Of a stretch of DNA of 64,000 bases, positions 58,330-64,000 are shown one piece after another. This stretch comes from a virus. The stretch covers positions 13,088 to 77,087 of IMG/VR virus record IMGVR_UViG_3300034418_003613; one strand, 5' to 3'. The notes under the pieces are model-generated. The model had not been told where the DNA came from. It was given only the letters and a program-made list of their open reading frames with translations, and ran no database searches. Both the position numbers and the translations under genes were made by a program. The first letter of the stretch is position 1. Each line of letters opens with the position of its first letter.

Positions 58330-61300
58330 ATGTTATATTCTAGAGGATATAATTGGAATAAAATAAGACGTGTAGCCAATGCTATACTAAAGAAGTTGTC
58401 ATTTGACGGACTACTCAGTGGTGCATGGTTTCACAAGAAAGCACTAACTGATGAAGTTGTAGACGAAACTCCTAACGTAGATGCATCTCGTACTTGGCAC
58501 AAAGCTCGTGCATTGCAGTTTGATAATGCGGAGAGTGTTGTAGTTTCAAACTTTCAGCTATGTGATAGCGCTTCATCTACATGGAAAGTTGAATTTGAGT
58601 TTATTCATACTTATGATGGGAATGGTGGGTATTTATTTGATACTAGATATAGTAACGATGGAGCTCAATCCCCCAGCAATGGTGCATATATTCAATTTAT
58701 AAATAACACTTTTTCTCTTTCTGGGTCTGGTGGTGGATTTATTACTTCGCAACCACTTACAGTAAATGTAAGATACTATGGTTACTTAGAGTTTAATGGT
58801 AGTATCTTAAAATTATTCTATAAAGGGGATGATGGTACTACAGAAACATTAATTGCTGATCCAACACAACAAGCGTCTGGTCAAAACTTCTACATAGGTA
58901 GAAGGCATGATAACACCAGTTTATTCAGGCATTTGTTGGGTTGGATGCGTATCACACAAGACAATATTGTCACAGCAGAGTATGCCTTTGAAGAAGGTGA
59001 GGGTACTACCTGCTATAACCGTGTGATGAACAACTTCCACGGTACTATCAATAATGCCACTATATCTACATTCCGTGTTGAGGATGTAAGAATCACAAAT
59101 GGTGATCAAGGTACATTCTTAAATACAGATGGGTACTCTCCTTTGAATTTATTTACTTCCGACTACTCTTCGGGGGGCGTTGCAGAGCCAACTCGCTCTA
59201 ACTTTACAGTAACAATCAACGAAACAAAAGAGGGAAAGACGGAATGTTTGAAAGCAGTATGGGACGGAACTTCAGCCGCACAACTTTTTAAGTTTAACTT
59301 TCTACCAATAGAGCAAGGTGTAACATTTGACATATCCGCTGAATTTTACCTTGAAGGGTTTACAGGTGTTAGAATGGGGGCGAATGGTAATTTCGGTAGC
59401 TTAAACTCTACCACTAACGATTGGGAAACATACTCACAAACGATTACCGTAAACAATACAAATGATGATTTGGTCATTTCCCTTAACGGGGGAGCAAGTG
59501 GCTCAACCATTTGGCTCAAAAACATTGTAGTTACCCAACCAAACATCTATGTACCAAGACTTAAGGACAACACTACAGATGTACTTGGTAACCCACTAAC
59601 CTACAAAGGACAGGTAGCACAACCTCTTAGTCTGGTTAATAGTAATGGAGGAAGTTATCTTAGTGCAGGTGAATATTTAAATATAAGTTCAAATGTTGAT
59701 GTAAACAGCTTTACTCAGGTATTTTTAGCAAAACTTGATCCCTCTCTTAAAGCATTTGATGACTTTAGATCTATTTACGGATTAAGTTCAGCATCTATTT
59801 ACTATCTACAATCTGATCAGGTTTATTTCAGAGCTAATGGTCAAACTACACCAGCAACTATTTGGTCTGGAGGTTCTTTTGCAGATGAGGATTTTACAGG
59901 TTGGCAAACAATGTTCATAACAAGAAACTTTGATACTGGTGAAATCACTGCTCATATAAACGGTAAAACTAAAAACGTATTCGAGACTGATAGCTTAGGA
60001 GAAGTTTATAGTGTTGGTTCTTTTGGTCAATCTAACAATCAATTTTTCGCAGGAGAAATAGCTTATAGTGCTTTGTATAATAGAGTACTTACTGCTCAAG
60101 AGATTGCTAATTGGGATCCTTATAATGCTCCACAACAAGGTCTTGAATTATTTCATGCATATACTGTAGGTAGTGGGTCCACAGTCTTTGACGTATCTGG
60201 TAATAACAATCATGGTACAATAACCAACGCTACTCTATCTAACTTCTGGATCAAGCAAGATCAGTTCCATTGGAATCTTAAGAAAGGGTTTAGTGAAGTA
60301 TATTCTTTTGACGGTGTAGATGATAATATCACACTAGATACTCCTTTAGCTTTTACAGGAGATTTCTTTATTGATTTTGATGTATTTACTCTAAGCAATG
60401 AATTTTACATTGCTTCTAGTGGTGGAGAATACCTAAGATTTACAGGAGGGTCTCTACTTTTTAGAGTAGACAGTAATCTATATACAATAACTACCGGTAT
60501 AACTACTAATACTAGATATATAGGAAGGCTTCAAAGAATAAGCGGTGTAATAACTTGTACTCTTAATGGAGTTAACCACCCTGTTGTAACAACCAATACA
60601 ACTGTAGATTTTTCTTTTTTTGGTTCTAACGGTCTTAGTTCTGGCTATACTCAAGGTATTACAAATTATATTAATGTCAACAATGAATATATAGCTACAG
60701 GTATTAATTTTCCTAATGCTACAATTAATGGTGGCTTACAATCTGTTAAAGTACCTTACACAATAAATGGTAATTATACTAACCCTGCTGGCAAATGGCA
60801 CAACGATGCTGAGACAGAGATAAACTTCCCCCACACTGCAAAACTGCACATGATCAATGAGCAGTTTGACTACAAGCCATTCTTCTATAAGAATGCTCAG
60901 TTAGAGGATGCAACTGCTGCATACTCTATGCGTAAGGTTATTGGAGACTATGAAGGACCACTAGTCAATGTAATTAGAAGTAGTGATCTACAAGCAAGGG
61001 ATTTTTACCCAGATAGTAGAGGAGACTTAGATACTACAGCAATTACAAACTTTGTAAATGAATCAGGTCCAGTTCTTGATGACTATGCAGGAGCAGCAGC
61101 CGCTTATTCTTTAAGAAAGCTAAGGACAGCCTATACAGGTAGTGCTATTGAGGTAAGACGTTCTTCTAATGGAGATACACAAGACATTGGCTTCGACTCA
61201 AACGGAGATTTGGACACTACGGCTCTCCTTGATTTTGTGAATGCGGATGTGGTTCTTTCTCAAAGTGATTTTAGCAGCGGAGGGAGTGATTTTGCTTATT

Positions 61301-63579
61301 TAAACGGATACACTCAACAAAGAGGCTTGACATTTGCGAGCAGAAGCAATGTTACAAAACTGACTGTTAGTAATTCGGGAAACACGACTTTTGGTCCGAT
61401 ATTAAACCAACTGCCCGTTGGTGTAGGTATTAAATTAAATTTTAGTTTTTATATACCTTCAACAAATGACGCAGCAAATCAATTCCAACAATTTAACAGT
61501 AACACATATCTCCCTTACAGTAGTTCACTTACTGACCAATGGGTAGATGTGGAAATCAGAGGAACATCAAACAGCGACGATGTTTTTTTCAGGTTACGAG
61601 ATGACGGAGATATTAATTTACCCGTGGAAGCTATTGGTGACGTTGTGTATATGAGCAATGTGACAGTCACCCAAACATATGACAATATTGATGAGGATTT
61701 CAGCTCTGATTTGGGATGGACTTTTTTCAATGGAACTTCTAATATCAGTGGAGGCACTTTAAACTTTAACACATCGACAAACGATTATGCTTTTTGTAGC
61801 TATGGAGCGATTCCAAATCAAGTTGTAGACATTGAGTTTACTATTAGCAATTATGTCAGCGGAGGAATCTTTATGATAAACTTCGGTGGAGGGTACTCCT
61901 CACCAACTTATTCAGCAAATCAAACCGTAACACTGACCAATGTAGTAATTAGCAGCAACGGAAATCAAAATTGGGGATTTAGAGCATTCGGCAGTTTCGT
62001 AGGAAGCATTGACAACTTTAAAGTGACCGTAAAAAACGCAGAGGGAGCAGTTACAACTTGGTACGACCAAACTCAGAATGACCCTTTGCTGCAAAATAAC
62101 GCCACACAATCTGACCCAGCTGAGATGCCGCTTGTAGTGAGTGCGGGGACAGTGGTAACTGAAACAAATGGGTTGCCTGCTATTTCGTGGGAGTCTAATA
62201 ATTTGGCTTTGCTACGCATTCCGTGGAACGCCACATCTTCTCAAAGTTGGTTTGGAGTATTCAATCCTTTGAATGACTCTTACATTGCAATTAGCGAAAT
62301 ACCTGCGGGGGGAAGAAGAGATTGGGTAGTTCAGAGTGGAAGTACATCTACATCGTTGAATGGATTTAATAATCAACAAGGGACATTATTTATCAATAGT
62401 GAGGAGCAAAGTCCTACAACAAGAGATGACTTGCACACTGCATTTTCAACCCAAGGAAATGTATTAGCGTCAACAATAGACCTTGATAATAGTACTTGGA
62501 ATGACGGCTCAGATTGGTATTTCTTTGGCAATGGCGGTGGTGTAGGCAATTTGTTTAACTATTCGGGAAGAGTACAAGAGTGGATAGTGTTTGAATCCGA
62601 CCAAAGCACCAACCGCACGGGCATCGAGGGGAACATCGGGCGTTACTACAACATTGATGGGTTTACTGATGGACGTGTAGCAACATGGTATGATCAAGCT
62701 AATGCAAATCATGCTACACAATCAACACCAGATGAACAACCTCTTATTGTTTCAGATGGAGCATTAGTGTTAGAGAACAGCAAACCTGCTATTGACTTTG
62801 ATGGAGTGGATGATTATTTTGACACTAACCTTGGAACACTTACAGAGTTATCTGTATTTATGTTGTTCAGGAAAACTAATACTGGAAGTAATGGAATTTT
62901 TGGTGGCACAGGAACTCGCTCCTTAGGTTATGTTCGAGAGAATTTGAGGCACAGAGTGTTTTATGTCAATACGACAGCAGAAAACATTACCGATTCAAGA
63001 ACAACACCATTTACGGAATTAGTGAGCTTCTTCCGTAGTGAAACTGCAACTACTATAGATTTGTTCAGAGATGGTTCAAATAAAGCATCACTTACTTCTC
63101 TTGGAAGTACATTACAAAATCCAACTAATTTAATTGGAAAACTTGGAGGGCTTAATCCTTATCACTTTGAAGGTTTAATCCAAGAGCTAATTTTCTTTGA
63201 CTCCGCTGACCAATCAGAAAACCGCCAAGACATTGAGAAGAACATAGCAGACTACTATGAAATTACACTCTCTGGTAACTCTGGTGTAGAGTCTTGGGTA
63301 AAGAACGTATCCTTTGCAGATATGTATCAAATCTGGTTTGACTATGAATACCTGCACAGACTGTTTGCAAACTTTGAGATTCCAAACCAGGTAAATAAGA
63401 TTCTTGCTTATAGTGATGAGCTTACTGCAGATCAAAGACAACAAGTGTATGACTACCTGCAAAAGAACTATCACCCAATCTACACAGCATTCTCAAATAG
63501 AGTATTGGCAGATGGTGGTACTGTCGAAAACCTTTCATGTGGTACAACTAAAGTTGAATATTTACTTAATAATCCTTAA
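58330..63579 (+). CDS. Large fibre/receptor-binding protein with LamG/ConA-like and duplicated AYSLRK..WYDQ lectin-like domains
   Basis: 1749 aa. LamG signatures (FAGEIA..YNRVLTAQEI; GSGSTVFDVSGNNNHGTI; FDGVDD) and two AAYS(L/M)RK..WYDQ domains. Confidence 0.75.
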   Translation: MLYSRGYNWNKIRRVANAILKKLSFDGLLSGAWFHKKALTDEVVDETPNVDASRTWHKARALQFDNAESVVVSNFQLCDSASSTWKVEFEFIHTYDGNGGYLFDTRYSNDGAQSPSNGAYIQFINNTFSLSGSGGGFITSQPLTVNVRYYGYLEFNGSILKLFYKGDDGTTETLIADPTQQASGQNFYIGRRHDNTSLFRHLLGWMRITQDNIVTAEYAFEEGEGTTCYNRVMNNFHGTINNATISTFRVEDVRITNGDQGTFLNTDGYSPLNLFTSDYSSGGVAEPTRSNFTVTINETKEGKTECLKAVWDGTSAAQLFKFNFLPIEQGVTFDISAEFYLEGFTGVRMGANGNFGSLNSTTNDWETYSQTITVNNTNDDLVISLNGGASGSTIWLKNIVVTQPNIYVPRLKDNTTDVLGNPLTYKGQVAQPLSLVNSNGGSYLSAGEYLNISSNVDVNSFTQVFLAKLDPSLKAFDDFRSIYGLSSASIYYLQSDQVYFRANGQTTPATIWSGGSFADEDFTGWQTMFITRNFDTGEITAHINGKTKNVFETDSLGEVYSVGSFGQSNNQFFAGEIAYSALYNRVLTAQEIANWDPYNAPQQGLELFHAYTVGSGSTVFDVSGNNNHGTITNATLSNFWIKQDQFHWNLKKGFSEVYSFDGVDDNITLDTPLAFTGDFFIDFDVFTLSNEFYIASSGGEYLRFTGGSLLFRVDSNLYTITTGITTNTRYIGRLQRISGVITCTLNGVNHPVVTTNTTVDFSFFGSNGLSSGYTQGITNYINVNNEYIATGINFPNATINGGLQSVKVPYTINGNYTNPAGKWHNDAETEINFPHTAKLHMINEQFDYKPFFYKNAQLEDATAAYSMRKVIGDYEGPLVNVIRSSDLQARDFYPDSRGDLDTTAITNFVNESGPVLDDYAGAAAAYSLRKLRTAYTGSAIEVRRSSNGDTQDIGFDSNGDLDTTALLDFVNADVVLSQSDFSSGGSDFAYLNGYTQQRGLTFASRSNVTKLTVSNSGNTTFGPILNQLPVGVGIKLNFSFYIPSTNDAANQFQQFNSNTYLPYSSSLTDQWVDVEIRGTSNSDDVFFRLRDDGDINLPVEAIGDVVYMSNVTVTQTYDNIDEDFSSDLGWTFFNGTSNISGGTLNFNTSTNDYAFCSYGAIPNQVVDIEFTISNYVSGGIFMINFGGGYSSPTYSANQTVTLTNVVISSNGNQNWGFRAFGSFVGSIDNFKVTVKNAEGAVTTWYDQTQNDPLLQNNATQSDPAEMPLVVSAGTVVTETNGLPAISWESNNLALLRIPWNATSSQSWFGVFNPLNDSYIAISEIPAGGRRDWVVQSGSTSTSLNGFNNQQGTLFINSEEQSPTTRDDLHTAFSTQGNVLASTIDLDNSTWNDGSDWYFFGNGGGVGNLFNYSGRVQEWIVFESDQSTNRTGIEGNIGRYYNIDGFTDGRVATWYDQANANHATQSTPDEQPLIVSDGALVLENSKPAIDFDGVDDYFDTNLGTLTELSVFMLFRKTNTGSNGIFGGTGTRSLGYVRENLRHRVFYVNTTAENITDSRTTPFTELVSFFRSETATTIDLFRDGSNKASLTSLGSTLQNPTNLIGKLGGLNPYHFEGLIQELIFFDSADQSENRQDIEKNIADYYEITLSGNSGVESWVKNVSFADMYQIWFDYEYLHRLFANFEIPNQVNKILAYSDELTADQRQQVYDYLQKNYHPIYTAFSNRVLADGGTVENLSCGTTKVEYLLNNP

Positions 63580-63582
63580 TAT

Positions 63583-64000
63583 ATGAGCTTTTTTAAAACC
63601 GCATCTTTAGTTTTAGTATCTGATTTCGCTGCTTCCTCCGCTAGTGCTGTTGGTGGAACTAATACAGGTAAAGTTTATAGTATTAAACCCACAGACGGAA
63701 GTGGTGACTTTACTTTTGAAAGAGGATCCGATATTACAGCTACCCGTGTAAACTCTAGTGGATTAATTGAGAAAGGTAGAGAAAACTTAACACCTTACTC
63801 TAATGATTTCTCAAATACTTCAACTTGGATCCAGTTAGCATCAACAAGAACAGGTGGTCAAGCTGGGTATGATGGTTCTAATGATGCTTGGGAAATAGTA
63901 AGACCAGCTACAGGTACTGTAATTTTAACTAACTCAGAAGCAACTTCTGGGGTTATTACTTTTTCACTTTATGTTAAGGTAAACGCTGACAATGGAATTG
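63583..64000 (+). CDS. Fibre/spike protein (3'-truncated)
   Basis: Open to the window end: MSFFKTASLVL..GKVYSIKPTDGSGDFTFERGS..ATRVNSSGLIEK..NL..SNDFS. Confidence 0.65.
   Translation, partial: MSFFKTASLVLVSDFAASSASAVGGTNTGKVYSIKPTDGSGDFTFERGSDITATRVNSSGLIEKGRENLTPYSNDFSNTSTWIQLASTRTGGQAGYDGSNDAWEIVRPATGTVILTNSEATSGVITFSLYVKVNADNGI

Noticed and set aside
1537-63586. Numerous 60-116 aa antisense or alternate-frame ORFs in the track
   Set aside because: They lie wholly within long, motif-bearing genes, show no recognisable motifs, and look like shadow ORFs.
1-64000. Stop-codon reassignment (TAG/TGA recoding known in some crAss-like phages)
   Set aside because: Very long ORFs are intact under code 11, and TAG (4257, 24682) and TGA (12311, 20396) end genes at sensible boundaries.
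1-64000. CRISPR array, tRNA genes, integrase or diversity-generating retroelement
   Set aside because: Intergenic gaps are short. I saw no regularly spaced repeats, cloverleafs, recombinase or reverse transcriptase, or near-identical TR/VR nucleotide pair. The fibre-gene duplications are diverged at all bases.

Overview
Part of a lytic crAss-like (Crassvirales-type) bacteriophage genome. It is AT-rich, uses standard code 11, and has A-rich start regions without Shine-Dalgarno sites, which suggests a Bacteroidota (probably aquatic Flavobacteria-like) host. The + strand carries the late/virion module. It runs from post-capsid structural genes, Cys-rich fibre/FN3 proteins, a metallophosphoesterase, an HU/IHF-like gene and ring proteins, through a cluster of small Lys-rich proteins and a 2124-aa muzzle protein with an inserted vWA domain. 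A ~33-kb block of putative virion-packaged cargo/ejection proteins follows (20393-53376), including a 4940-aa virion RNA polymerase (DFDID motif) fused to a zincin. A short minus-strand island holds a class II ribonucleotide reductase. Membrane/lysis-like genes, more small basic proteins and LamG-type fibre genes close the window. Three signals stand out. (1) Cargo proteins are built from discrete enzyme/toxin/beta-barrel modules delimited by a recurring short [AFYM]-[QKRE]-x-x-G / xxxGG motif. (2) About 9,500 aa of cargo are Cys-free except one Cys at the C-terminus of the RNAP and one at the N-terminus of the next protein, suggesting a head-to-tail disulfide tether. (3) A repeated TTTGTATATTAT promoter-like box is often followed immediately by a hairpin. 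All family assignments come from motif recognition and synteny by eye; no database search was run.
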